DNA of 64,000 nucleotides from a virus (lineage: Duplodnaviria; Caudoviricetes). The stretch lies in the IMG/VR virus record IMGVR_UViG_3300027974_001530; one strand, given 5' to 3'. The notes beneath the pieces are model-generated. The model made no database searches and had not been told where the DNA came from. It saw only the letters and a program-made list of their open reading frames with translations. Position 1 is the stretch's first letter. Each line of letters starts with the position of its first letter. The translations under genes were made by a program, and so were the position numbers. This document shows, in pieces, positions 55,329 to 64,000 of this stretch.

Positions 55329-55703
55329 TTACCAAGATCTACACGCCCAATATCTTGGTTTCCATCTTGGTCCTGGATTGTCACAATTATGTCTAGCCCT
55401 GAATGATCTTCTTCTTTCGGGGTTATTCTTTTTTATAACCATTCTTTTACCGTGAGCAGACTTACCACCAAAACCAAAATTAACTTTAACAACTTTACCT
55501 TTATCGTTTTTGACATAAACTTTGAATTTTTTTATGTCTCCTTGCATTATTTTACCTAACTGTACTTTTCTTCCTTGATATTCTGACTCATTAATAAAAT
55601 CAATATTTTCGACAGAACCATAATAGTCTTCATATAAAATATTAAAAAATTCCTCCCTTAATATTTTATTCAGTAATAGTTTTATTGTTGATTCATTTAT
55701 CAT
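55329..55703 (-). CDS. Basic hypothetical phage protein
   Basis: KVNFG..NPERRRSFRARHNC..RYWAC. Confidence 0.8.
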   Translation of the reverse strand: MINESTIKLLLNKILREEFFNILYEDYYGSVENIDFINESEYQGRKVQLGKIMQGDIKKFKVYVKNDKGKVVKVNFGFGGKSAHGKRMVIKKNNPERRRSFRARHNCDNPGPRWKPRYWACRSW

Positions 55704-55774
55704 GTTAAATAATTTATTAATATAAATATTTGTAAATTCAGTAATTTCGATATATTTATGTAAAAAATGATAAT

Positions 55775-56305
55775 ATGAGAATGCGTAAAATTTCAGAATC
55801 AGATATTAGAAGAATCGCCAATAGAATATTAAGTGAAGAGGATTCAGAAACCAAAAGAAAGAAGGAACAAGTTAAACCAAGATGTGTTCGTGAAAATGTA
55901 ATTCCATTAGATGAAATTGTTGGTAGATCAGAGGAGTTTGGTAAATATTCTTCAGGAATCACAAAAAGACAATCAGGAGTTAATTCTATGGTAGATACTT
56001 TAGGTATATTAAATAACATTAGATTATTTAAGGACATTAAAGACGGTGGATCCCATTTAGCTTATGAAATGATGAACCATTTAAATAAGTTTAGAAATAA
56101 AAACTATTATGATGAAACAACAGGTGATTGTCATAAATCTATGGATAAAATTATTGAGTTATATAAAGAAAATGAACACGGTACTGAACTTGTTAAGGAT
56201 ATTGAGAGGGTGTTAAATTTACAGACAAGGGAAGACGAATACACCCCATCCCCAAGGGCTAAAGAATATTTAAAACAATGTGTAAACTTAGTTAAAGGAC
56301 AATAA
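55775..56305 (+). CDS. Hypothetical protein with ISESDIRRIANRILSE motif
   Basis: ORF track; shared motif. Confidence 0.8.
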   Translation: MRMRKISESDIRRIANRILSEEDSETKRKKEQVKPRCVRENVIPLDEIVGRSEEFGKYSSGITKRQSGVNSMVDTLGILNNIRLFKDIKDGGSHLAYEMMNHLNKFRNKNYYDETTGDCHKSMDKIIELYKENEHGTELVKDIERVLNLQTREDEYTPSPRAKEYLKQCVNLVKGQ

Positions 56306-56372
56306 GGTTTTGCTTAGGATCGTTACCGTTAACGGTAACAAATAAAGGGACAATTCGCTACTGTCCCTTTTT
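56306..56372 (+). ncRNA. Flavo-1-like small RNA ending in a terminator
   Basis: GCTTAGGA.CGTT..AACGG and a terminator hairpin with TTCGCTAC loop match the Flavo-1 motif as recalled. Confidence 0.5.
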
Positions 56373-56464
56373 ATTTGACCATAATTTTCATTCATAATGT
56401 AAAAAATTATAAAGTAAATGGTTTTACCTAAAAAAATTAATATTTATAATTAAAACAAATAATT

Positions 56465-56728
56465 ATGAAAAATTTTTTTAAACAACTGTTCTGTGACAAC
56501 AACTCAATAAACGAAAAATCCGTAGTAGGGTTTATTGCGTTTATTATGATGTGTTTATTTGCCGGTGCGGATATTGTTACAGGTTTTATGGGATCTCCGT
56601 TAGTGGTTAATGAGTTTATTTTCAATTCATTCCTTATCATTGTGTTAGGGTCTTTTGCTATTGGATCTGTCGATAAATTTATCAATAAAAAACATGGATC
56701 TGAAAACGAAGAAACTCCTGTAGAGTGA
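56465..56728 (+). CDS. Small two-TM membrane protein (holin-like)
   Basis: Two hydrophobic helices and a charged tail. Confidence 0.7.
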   Translation: MKNFFKQLFCDNNSINEKSVVGFIAFIMMCLFAGADIVTGFMGSPLVVNEFIFNSFLIIVLGSFAIGSVDKFINKKHGSENEETPVE

Positions 56729-56924
56729 TTATTATTTATTTTATTATTTTCACTAACCCTACTTTAAAAAGTGGGGTTTTTTATTTAACGTAAACTTAAC
56801 TTTTGTATGACCTACTTTACCCCATAAAAAATACTTATTATTGTTATGATTTATGTGTTAATTTTTACAATATCTGTTTATTCTATTTTTTTTAACAGAA
56901 TTATAAAAGATAGGAAGGAATATC

Positions 56925-57161
56925 TTGAGTGGTATAATTCACTATACAAGAAAAATTAGGTATTTTAGTAAAAAACCCTTATATTTGTATAATATGAACG
57001 ATAAAAAGATTAAAAAAGTCCCTGAACGTAAAAAATACGAAAGGATCATAGAACACGACGACTGTACTATGATATGGAAATACGATAATTATAGGTCAAA
57101 TACAGGCCCATATGAGGTTGAAATACGTCAAAAAAAGGTAAAATTAGGTATTTTACCTTAA
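56925..57161 (+). CDS. Hypothetical protein (start probably MNDKK)
   Basis: ORF track. Confidence 0.5.
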   Translation: MSGIIHYTRKIRYFSKKPLYLYNMNDKKIKKVPERKKYERIIEHDDCTMIWKYDNYRSNTGPYEVEIRQKKVKLGILP

Positions 57162-57230
57162 AAACCCTCCTATTTATTGTAAAAAAAGAAGGGTTTTTAT
57201 GTAAATTTTTGATTTTTTTTGGTAAAAATG

Positions 57231-57461
57231 TTACTTTTTCTTTAAAAAGTCCTGAATTACCTTTAATTGTTGGTCAAAATCCTTAGAAAAGTTACCAAAA
57301 TTACCCATTTTTGGGTTTTTTAACATATCTTGGTTCACTTTTGTTAGGTTTTTAGACATTTCAAAGAAAGATTTACCAAATTTTCTCCACCAAAACACCA
57401 TTCCGATAGCAATTGCTACTAAAACTACCGTGAAAATGATTAAAACTACCGTTAACAACAT
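57231..57461 (-). CDS. Small membrane-anchored protein
   Basis: N-terminal TM followed by a basic segment. Confidence 0.7.
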   Translation of the reverse strand: MLLTVVLIIFTVVLVAIAIGMVFWWRKFGKSFFEMSKNLTKVNQDMLKNPKMGNFGNFSKDFDQQLKVIQDFLKKK

Positions 57462-57516
57462 ATTTTTTAATTTTTATACCAAAAACTTAGTAAATTTTAC
57501 TTAAAAAGTCAAATTT

Positions 57517-59979
57517 TTACCTAATTAATGTTATAAATCCGTGTATTTCCTTCTTTTCATCAGTATTTCCAACACTAAACACTATTTTCCAAGGATAAAC
57601 ACCGTCAGGACATGGTTTATTACCATAAGTCCCGTCCCATTTACCTTCAGGGTCCTTAGATTCCCAAATAATGTTACCCCAACGGTTAAAAACTAACAAT
57701 TCAAACCCATATTTGTCATATCCAGAGGTAAAAACGGGTCCCCAAAGGGTATTATACTCATCACCATTAGGTGTAAACGTGTTTGGGATGTAAAATATCT
57801 CATTTGGACACAATTCTAAGGTTATAATGAAGGTTTCGGGGTTAGAAACACATCCATTGTCCCATCTAACTACTTGAAATTGGAATATTCCATCTTGATC
57901 CCAAGTAATATTTAAGGTTTGACTAATTGTTGTGTCCCCAAACGAGTACCACTCGTTATATCCACCATTTGGAGACACTACATCAAACATATCGGTAATT
58001 GTATCCCCCTCACATATCTCATGATACTCAGTATTTTCAAAAACAACACCGTTTACAACAGGAGAAATGAGTGGTCTTGGGTATATTTGCACATTTATTG
58101 ATGTGTTAAACAAACATCCTGACTGAAAATAGTCATAATTCACAACATCAAGACCAATAAATCCGTTATTTGGACAATATTGACCATTCCAAACGTTTAA
58201 TCCATTAAAAATCCCACCTTGTGGGGTTCCATTTAGGTTAATACAGTTGTCGTATTCACAAAATGGACCAACTTGAGTGATCGACGGAAGAATATTTAAC
58301 ACAACAAGGTTAAAAGTTTCAGGTAATGACTGACATCCAAGTTGATTTACACCAATAACTGATAGTGAGTTAGAATAATTACCCCCATTTACGCCAGTAA
58401 CATCTAAATTTATTTGGTCTGTCCCTTGTCCTGTGGTAATATTACCTATTGTGTTGGACCAAACATACCCTAAGTTAGGAAAAACACTTGTAACACCATA
58501 AGGATTAACTGTAGAGTTATAACAAACCGTATCTAAACCTGTGATTTGGTTAACTGTAACCATCGGAGGATCAACTAAAGTGGTTGTTCCTTGTGCAGGA
58601 CAGTTATATTGGTCATAAACCGTTACAGTTTGTTGACCTGAACATAGATTTGTTACCGTTTGAGTGGTTTGACTGTTACCCCAAAGGAATGTATAAGGTG
58701 ATACACCATCAATTGGGTTCACAGTTGATGTTCCATCACAATAACCAAAACAAGTTGGGTTAGTATTTGCAAATTGTGGTGATTGTAATGGTGGAGGATT
58801 AAGTAAAGTTGCTGATCCACTGTAAGTGCAACCTGCAGCATCAACTAAATTAAACAAATAGTTACCACTACATAAGTTGTTTAGGGTTAAGTTTGTTGAT
58901 CCACCGTTCCAAGAGATAGTTGTTACTCCTGTTCCACCATTAGGGGTTACTATAATTGATCCATCACACCCATTATTACAGTGTGGATCTTGTAAAACTA
59001 AATTTGGTGGTGGTAATTGTGGTGGACCATGTTGAACAAACACAGTATCAGGACCTAAATTACCAATACCTACATTACAAGTAGACCATCCCGCATTACA
59101 GGTTGGATAAACAAATTGACAGGTGTAATTTGCACCTGCGGGTGGTGGTGTAACGGTAATTGTTGGTCCAGTTCCAATTGGATTTGGGTTACCTACTTGA
59201 TACCAAGTTAAAGTTGGTGTTACTGTAGGACCTGAAGGAGTCCATCTATATGAGTTATTTACCGTAGTCCAAGCAGTTGAATTTCTTCCTGGTGATGTAA
59301 TACCAATAGTACCCAATAAATTATGAATTCCTTGAGTTGCGGTTCCACTTTGCCATTGTAAACAAGCCGGTTTATTTTGAATGTGGTTTTCAATATAATT
59401 TGTTGATTCGTAAATTACAATATGAAATGTACCAAAGTTAGAGGTACAAGAAAACATTGGCATATTTGTCCAACTAACAACTAATTTTCTACACGGAGCA
59501 ACACCCTGAACTTGATATTTTATTTGACCACCAATACCTGGATGCCAATCTTGCCACGGTCCCATAATACAATTCTTAGGTACTAATGCGTTTCCTGTTG
59601 GAATAGGTTGTGATGTAAACGTTACGGGTTGTCCTCCACTAAATGAAATCCAACCATTAGACCCAATATAAAATTGTGTATATGTTTGACCAAAGAAACA
59701 AAAATTAAACCCAATATTAAATGGTCCTTGTTGTGAGTCGTCAGACATAAACAAACTTGTTCCCGTATTTGTTTGAGCAACATAAGGTATATTTGTTACA
59801 CCATAGTTTGTTGTTTGGTTTGGATTTGGTCCACCAGGTCCACACTGACTTAAATCCGCTGTTAAAGTGGTTGAGTTAATACCACAAGGTAATAATTGAT
59901 CGGGGCCTAAGTATGGACAATACTGACCGTGTCCAAGTACTGTAATTAAAATTAGTAATGTTGTTAAAATAAGTTTCAT
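57517..59979 (-). CDS. T9SS type-B CTD (gliding motility-associated CTD) surface protein with SprB-like repeats
   Basis: Signal peptide; P.C...CDGS.....GGT repeats; YIPNTFTPNGD.YN..VFNRWG..WDG C-terminus. Confidence 0.88.
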   Translation of the reverse strand: MKLILTTLLILITVLGHGQYCPYLGPDQLLPCGINSTTLTADLSQCGPGGPNPNQTTNYGVTNIPYVAQTNTGTSLFMSDDSQQGPFNIGFNFCFFGQTYTQFYIGSNGWISFSGGQPVTFTSQPIPTGNALVPKNCIMGPWQDWHPGIGGQIKYQVQGVAPCRKLVVSWTNMPMFSCTSNFGTFHIVIYESTNYIENHIQNKPACLQWQSGTATQGIHNLLGTIGITSPGRNSTAWTTVNNSYRWTPSGPTVTPTLTWYQVGNPNPIGTGPTITVTPPPAGANYTCQFVYPTCNAGWSTCNVGIGNLGPDTVFVQHGPPQLPPPNLVLQDPHCNNGCDGSIIVTPNGGTGVTTISWNGGSTNLTLNNLCSGNYLFNLVDAAGCTYSGSATLLNPPPLQSPQFANTNPTCFGYCDGTSTVNPIDGVSPYTFLWGNSQTTQTVTNLCSGQQTVTVYDQYNCPAQGTTTLVDPPMVTVNQITGLDTVCYNSTVNPYGVTSVFPNLGYVWSNTIGNITTGQGTDQINLDVTGVNGGNYSNSLSVIGVNQLGCQSLPETFNLVVLNILPSITQVGPFCEYDNCINLNGTPQGGIFNGLNVWNGQYCPNNGFIGLDVVNYDYFQSGCLFNTSINVQIYPRPLISPVVNGVVFENTEYHEICEGDTITDMFDVVSPNGGYNEWYSFGDTTISQTLNITWDQDGIFQFQVVRWDNGCVSNPETFIITLELCPNEIFYIPNTFTPNGDEYNTLWGPVFTSGYDKYGFELLVFNRWGNIIWESKDPEGKWDGTYGNKPCPDGVYPWKIVFSVGNTDEKKEIHGFITLIR

Positions 59980-60058
59980 ATAAAATAAATAGTAATATTA
60001 ATAAATAATTCAATTGAAAACCTTGTCAAATGAGCATTTAATGATTACCATATAATAT

Positions 60059-60340
60059 ATGAAAAGAAAAAGAATGTTACAACTTTTTTTAGACACCCAA
60101 CTTAAAGGTCAAATACAAAATATATTTGGTAAAAATAGTTGTATAGTAATTAACAATTTAACTCACGTTAGGAGTAAGGATTGTTATTTAATAAACACAA
60201 CTTTATATGTTAACAGTTTGGAGGACTTTGAGGTTTTATATCCAACAAGTTTAATTTCATTTATTAAATTAGCTTGGAGTGTGGTTGGTCATAAAAAAGA
60301 AATTATTGTTCAATCTTCGTTTGATCTTGTATCTGAATAA
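60059..60340 (+). CDS. Hypothetical protein
   Basis: ORF track. Confidence 0.55.
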   Translation: MKRKRMLQLFLDTQLKGQIQNIFGKNSCIVINNLTHVRSKDCYLINTTLYVNSLEDFEVLYPTSLISFIKLAWSVVGHKKEIIVQSSFDLVSE

Positions 60341-60497
60341 CCCCAGCATCAATTAAATCTTTAATTGTTTTATTAAGTGGTGCCTTTAGATAGTAATTAT
60401 CATTTTCATACCTAAAAAAACACCACCCACTTAACCCAATTCTTAAATTTTCGTAATTTTCTTTATCTTTTACTTTATATACTTTTAATCCCACCAT
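60303..60497 (-). CDS. Hypothetical protein
   Basis: ORF track. Confidence 0.55.
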   Translation of the reverse strand: MVGLKVYKVKDKENYENLRIGLSGWCFFRYENDNYYLKAPLNKTIKDLIDAGVIQIQDQTKIEQ

Positions 60498-61075
60498 CTT
60501 CTCATTCTTTCTTTTAATACTCTATGTAAAAGGTCGTGAGCCTTTTCTTCATTATGTTTTGCAACATAAAAACACAAATCTTTTTTATCTAAATCAGGTT
60601 TTTCTTTCAATACTTTACGAACACTTGAAGAGTATTTTTTTATATATTCATCATATTTTTCTGAAATAACATCTTGTTCCATTGAGTAGAGTTCTCTATC
60701 TCCCTCAATCGGTTCAAATCTAAATTTAGTTTCAGAGTAATCAAGATATTCAATACCATAATAATCTTCTTTAACTCTTTCAATTAAATTAAGGGTTATA
60801 GTCATATCACGATTATCACGATCAACTTGCATATGACGATTTGCGTAGATTATCTCCTTTCTTTGAAACTCAATTTTCTTTTGTAATATTGTATAGATAT
60901 ACCAATCGTCCCAATCCTTATCTTTATATAAAGTTGGTATCCACCTTATGATATTTTTACATCCACCAATAAAGTATCTTATTCTCCAATGTAGATTTCT
61001 CCAAATACGAGCGGATATTGTTTTTCTATTCCAAGCGGAATCTTCAGGTATTGTCAGTTTTTCGTAATTTTTCAT
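60485..61075 (-). CDS. Hypothetical phage protein
   Basis: 196 aa; LYKDKDWDDWYIY..MRRWWD. Confidence 0.8.
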   Translation of the reverse strand: MKNYEKLTIPEDSAWNRKTISARIWRNLHWRIRYFIGGCKNIIRWIPTLYKDKDWDDWYIYTILQKKIEFQRKEIIYANRHMQVDRDNRDMTITLNLIERVKEDYYGIEYLDYSETKFRFEPIEGDRELYSMEQDVISEKYDEYIKKYSSSVRKVLKEKPDLDKKDLCFYVAKHNEEKAHDLLHRVLKERMRRWWD

Positions 61076-61259
61076 TTTCCTTTTCTTTGTATTGCAAATA
61101 TACGGAAAATATAACTAAAAAATTAACTAAAACACATAAAAAAGTTTCAAGTATCCAGTGCCAATCTGTTTGTGTCATAGATATGTGAGTACCAAACCAC
61201 ATAAATGAACCATATTTATCCATTATGGTCATTAAAAGATATTTTAAAAATTTAAACAT
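61044..61259 (-). CDS. Small membrane protein
   Basis: Hydrophobic segment. Confidence 0.55.
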   Translation of the reverse strand: MFKFLKYLLMTIMDKYGSFMWFGTHISMTQTDWHWILETFLCVLVNFLVIFSVYLQYKEKENEKLRKTDNT

Positions 61260-61270
61260 TACGTTTAAAT

Positions 61271-61777
61271 TTAATATCTAGGTTCTTTATTAAACAGTGA
61301 TTTAATTTGAGTTCCTAATGAAAGTAAACTACTACCTAACATTACCCAAATTGAAGCTTGACCATGAACCGAATTTTTCTCAGTATTTAATTTACCTGAC
61401 ATTGCCAATAATTGTCCTTTAATACTATCACATTTTAAATAATCAGATCCCTTTTTACCCTTACAATCTAAACACTTTTCAATTATATTTTCTTTTAAAT
61501 TTCCTACCGCAAGTAATTTTAACATTTCACCACAAGGTTTACATTTGTTATTATTTTGATCACATATTTTGTTAGTTAATGACTCAATTGATTCTTTAGG
61601 GTCTTCTTCTTTTTTAGGTTCTTCTATTTTTTTAGGTTCTTCTATTTTTTTTTCAGGATCAGTGGGTAATTCTGTGGTGTTTGTGGTTACAACTTCTTGT
61701 TCTGACACCACAACTCCTTTTTTATAATCAAAAAGGAATTTAATATAATTTAATTCTTCGTTTATATTAGTTTTCAT
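61271..61777 (-). CDS. Hypothetical protein with INEELNYIKFLF..VSE motif
   Basis: ORF track; Cys pairs. Confidence 0.75.
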   Translation of the reverse strand: MKTNINEELNYIKFLFDYKKGVVVSEQEVVTTNTTELPTDPEKKIEEPKKIEEPKKEEDPKESIESLTNKICDQNNNKCKPCGEMLKLLAVGNLKENIIEKCLDCKGKKGSDYLKCDSIKGQLLAMSGKLNTEKNSVHGQASIWVMLGSSLLSLGTQIKSLFNKEPRY

Positions 61778-62043
61778 ATATAATAAATATGTTGATTTGT
61801 GAAAAAAAATTTCTTATACTTATCATATGTTTAATATTATAAAATCTTATTGGCCTAACATTAAATCATTTTTAATTGATTTGTTGAAATTTAAGAAGAA
61901 GGATATACTATATAAGTTATTGGGAGTTTTTTTATGGTTGTATATCGTAAGAATTATTGTAACAATAGTTTTATTAGTAATTTTTATTTTTGTTTGATTT
62001 TACATTTATAATTAAAATATTTATATTTTAAAAAAAATAAATT

Positions 62044-62469
62044 ATGGGAAAAATTACAAGTAACAGTACCGTGACTGTTAATTACACGGGTAAATTAGAG
62101 GACGGATCAATTTTTGATTCTTCATTGAATGAAGGTAGAGATCCATTAACCGCAACATTAGGTCAAGGCCAACTTATTAAAGGATTTGAGGATGGTTTGA
62201 TTGATATGGAAGTTGGTGATAAAAAAACTGTTGAAATCGAGTCAGACATGGCTTACGGCCAACATAACGAAGCTATGATTCAAGAAGTACCAAAAGAACA
62301 AGTTCCTGAAGGTGTGATGGTTGGTAATATGCTACAAGCAAACACACCAATGGGACCAATTAACTTTAGGGTGATGGAAGTCAATGAAGAAAGTGTTAAA
62401 TTGGATGGTAACCATCCTTTGGCAGGTAAAAAATTGATTTTTGATTTAGAAGTATTGGAAGTAAAATAA
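62044..62469 (+). CDS. FKBP-type peptidyl-prolyl isomerase with IF domain (SlyD/SlpA-like, no His tail)
   Basis: VNYTGKLEDGSIFDSS, GQGQLIKGFEDGL, AYG, DGNHPLAGK.L.F. Confidence 0.92.
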   Translation: MGKITSNSTVTVNYTGKLEDGSIFDSSLNEGRDPLTATLGQGQLIKGFEDGLIDMEVGDKKTVEIESDMAYGQHNEAMIQEVPKEQVPEGVMVGNMLQANTPMGPINFRVMEVNEESVKLDGNHPLAGKKLIFDLEVLEVK

Positions 62470-62525
62470 TTAAAATCCCCGATTAATTTTGGGGATTTAT
62501 ACTATCTAATAACCAATCCATATAG

Positions 62526-63227
62526 TTAAGCAACTCTACCGTAACCGGCTATTTTAGGGGACCAATAGGAATTCTTATTAACCCCTGTTTTGGTGTAGTT
62601 AGTTTTTTCCGTATCTTGTATTCCAGATGATGAAGATGCGTGTACCATGTGAAAAATTTTTTCATCTTTTTCATTATCGGTTACATTTGAAATTAACCCA
62701 ATATGACTTATTTTACTACCGCTTTTAAAAAATACCAAATCTCCTGGTTGTATTTCATTAAAAGATATTTTATTTGTGTTTGGTGAGGAGTATATTCCTG
62801 AAGCGGTTCTTGGTATTTTTTTTATATCATCAATGCCACCTATAACTCCTGCTTTAGAAAAGACATATCTTATAAATCCACTACAGTCAAATGAATTAGG
62901 TCCTTGAGATCCATACACATAAGGTTTACCTATAAAATCCTTCGCAATTTCAATAACTGCAGGTGGTCTATCAACCCTTTCAATTTTTTTAATTGGTAAT
63001 TCGGGTAGATTCTCACCTTTAAATATATCTTTAACCGGAATAACCTCTCCATTATCAACAGTATTTTTTTCTGTGGTAGTGGTTGTTGTGTAATCAGGGT
63101 TATCAAGCATAGATGTTGCGTAAGGACTAAAACTATCTTGTTCTGATATTAAATTACCATGTTTTTTATGCATTTCCAATATCTCATTTTTTTCTGATTG
63201 CAATATTTTATTAAAAACTTTTTTCAT
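62526..63227 (-). CDS. NlpC/P60 peptidoglycan endopeptidase
   Basis: GKPYVYG..FDCSG, PGDLVFF, HIGL, HASS. Confidence 0.92.
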   Translation of the reverse strand: MKKVFNKILQSEKNEILEMHKKHGNLISEQDSFSPYATSMLDNPDYTTTTTTEKNTVDNGEVIPVKDIFKGENLPELPIKKIERVDRPPAVIEIAKDFIGKPYVYGSQGPNSFDCSGFIRYVFSKAGVIGGIDDIKKIPRTASGIYSSPNTNKISFNEIQPGDLVFFKSGSKISHIGLISNVTDNEKDEKIFHMVHASSSSGIQDTEKTNYTKTGVNKNSYWSPKIAGYGRVA

Positions 63228-63229
63228 TG

Positions 63230-63520
63230 TTAGTCTTTTGGAAATACGGTTCTACTGATTCTTAATCCTTTAGGTAAATCTATATCCTCAACTGATCTAG
63301 GTCTTGGAATTCTTCTAACTTTTTCTGGATTAAATTTTGAATTTAATCTGTTAAGTTCTATTTTATATTGCATCCCAAACTCACTTAATCTGTTAATAAC
63401 GTCATCAATTAGTTCAGTTTTTTCTGATGCGGAAACCCCCGTTACGTAATCATCGTTTTCACTAATGATTTTCTTTATCGCTTTTATTAATTCTGTTTCT
63501 GTTAGTCTAACTTCTCTCAT
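63230..63520 (-). CDS. Hypothetical protein with RLTETELIKAIKKIISE motif
   Basis: ORF track; shared motif. Confidence 0.8.
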   Translation of the reverse strand: MREVRLTETELIKAIKKIISENDDYVTGVSASEKTELIDDVINRLSEFGMQYKIELNRLNSKFNPEKVRRIPRPRSVEDIDLPKGLRISRTVFPKD

Positions 63521-63521
63521 T

Positions 63522-64000
63522 TTAATCGAACATATTTTTTATTTTATCAAAGAAAACATTTCCTGCGATTTTCATTTTATCCCATAGATCTACTTCGTCT
63601 TCTGCTTTTACATTACCTTTATCGTCTTTTTCCTCAGTCCCAAATATTTTTTTAAATGTGTTTTTAAATTTATCCCCAAGATCCTCAAATTTACGTTCTG
63701 TAGGTTTCTCCGATTTTTTACCAATTGCCTTTTTAAGAACATCTAAAGGATCTTCACCACTGTAAAAACCACCACTTGTTTTATAAATATTATAATGTAG
63801 ATGAGGTGCGGTGCCTTTTGCGTTACCTGAATCACCTAATGTTCCTACTTGTTGTCCTGCAAAAACAAAATCACCTTCTTTTATTGTTCTTGTATCTAAG
63901 TGACCCAACCAATGTGAGAAACCTGTCTCAGGATCTTCAATAATTACGGTTAACCCATTACCACCAAACTTAACTTTACCGTCAACAGGAGCAAGTATTG
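63522..64000 (-). CDS. M23 peptidase (5' end outside the window)
   Basis: Frame stays open to the window edge: ILAPVDGKV..WLGHL..VGTLGDSGN..PHLH. Confidence 0.88.
   Translation of the reverse strand, partial: ILAPVDGKVKFGGNGLTVIIEDPETGFSHWLGHLDTRTIKEGDFVFAGQQVGTLGDSGNAKGTAPHLHYNIYKTSGGFYSGEDPLDVLKKAIGKKSEKPTERKFEDLGDKFKNTFKKIFGTEEKDDKGNVKAEDEVDLWDKMKIAGNVFFDKIKNMFD

Overview
64-kb AT-rich fragment of a large T4-like (jumbo) myophage, read in the standard genetic code. The host is almost certainly a Bacteroidota (Flavobacteriia-like) bacterium. Three things support this: repeated TTTG-N19-20-TAnnTTTG promoters, a T9SS (gliding-motility) C-terminal-domain protein, and a Bacteroidota-type tmRNA resume context. 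Content from left to right: (1) head and packaging module (major capsid, scaffold, prohead protease, portal, TerL) with an antisense bS21 gene that the ORF track missed; (2) nucleotidyltransferase, KTSC, an N-domain-less ClpC, M28 peptidase, tmRNA and a ~870-nt GOLLD/ROOL-like RNA; (3) peptidoglycan hydrolases and an apparent operon of PAS histidine kinase, receiver, coiled-coil membrane protein, GH19 endolysin and holin; (4) a 7.3-kb stable-RNA region with 26 tRNAs covering all 20 amino acids, 5 non-canonical tRNA-like RNAs and several unassigned structured RNAs, preceded by a leader peptide and terminator; (5) glycosyltransferases, four large probable virion proteins, guaC, a T9SS substrate, an FKBP, NlpC/P60 and M23 genes. 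All calls are from motif recognition and manual folding; no searches were run.
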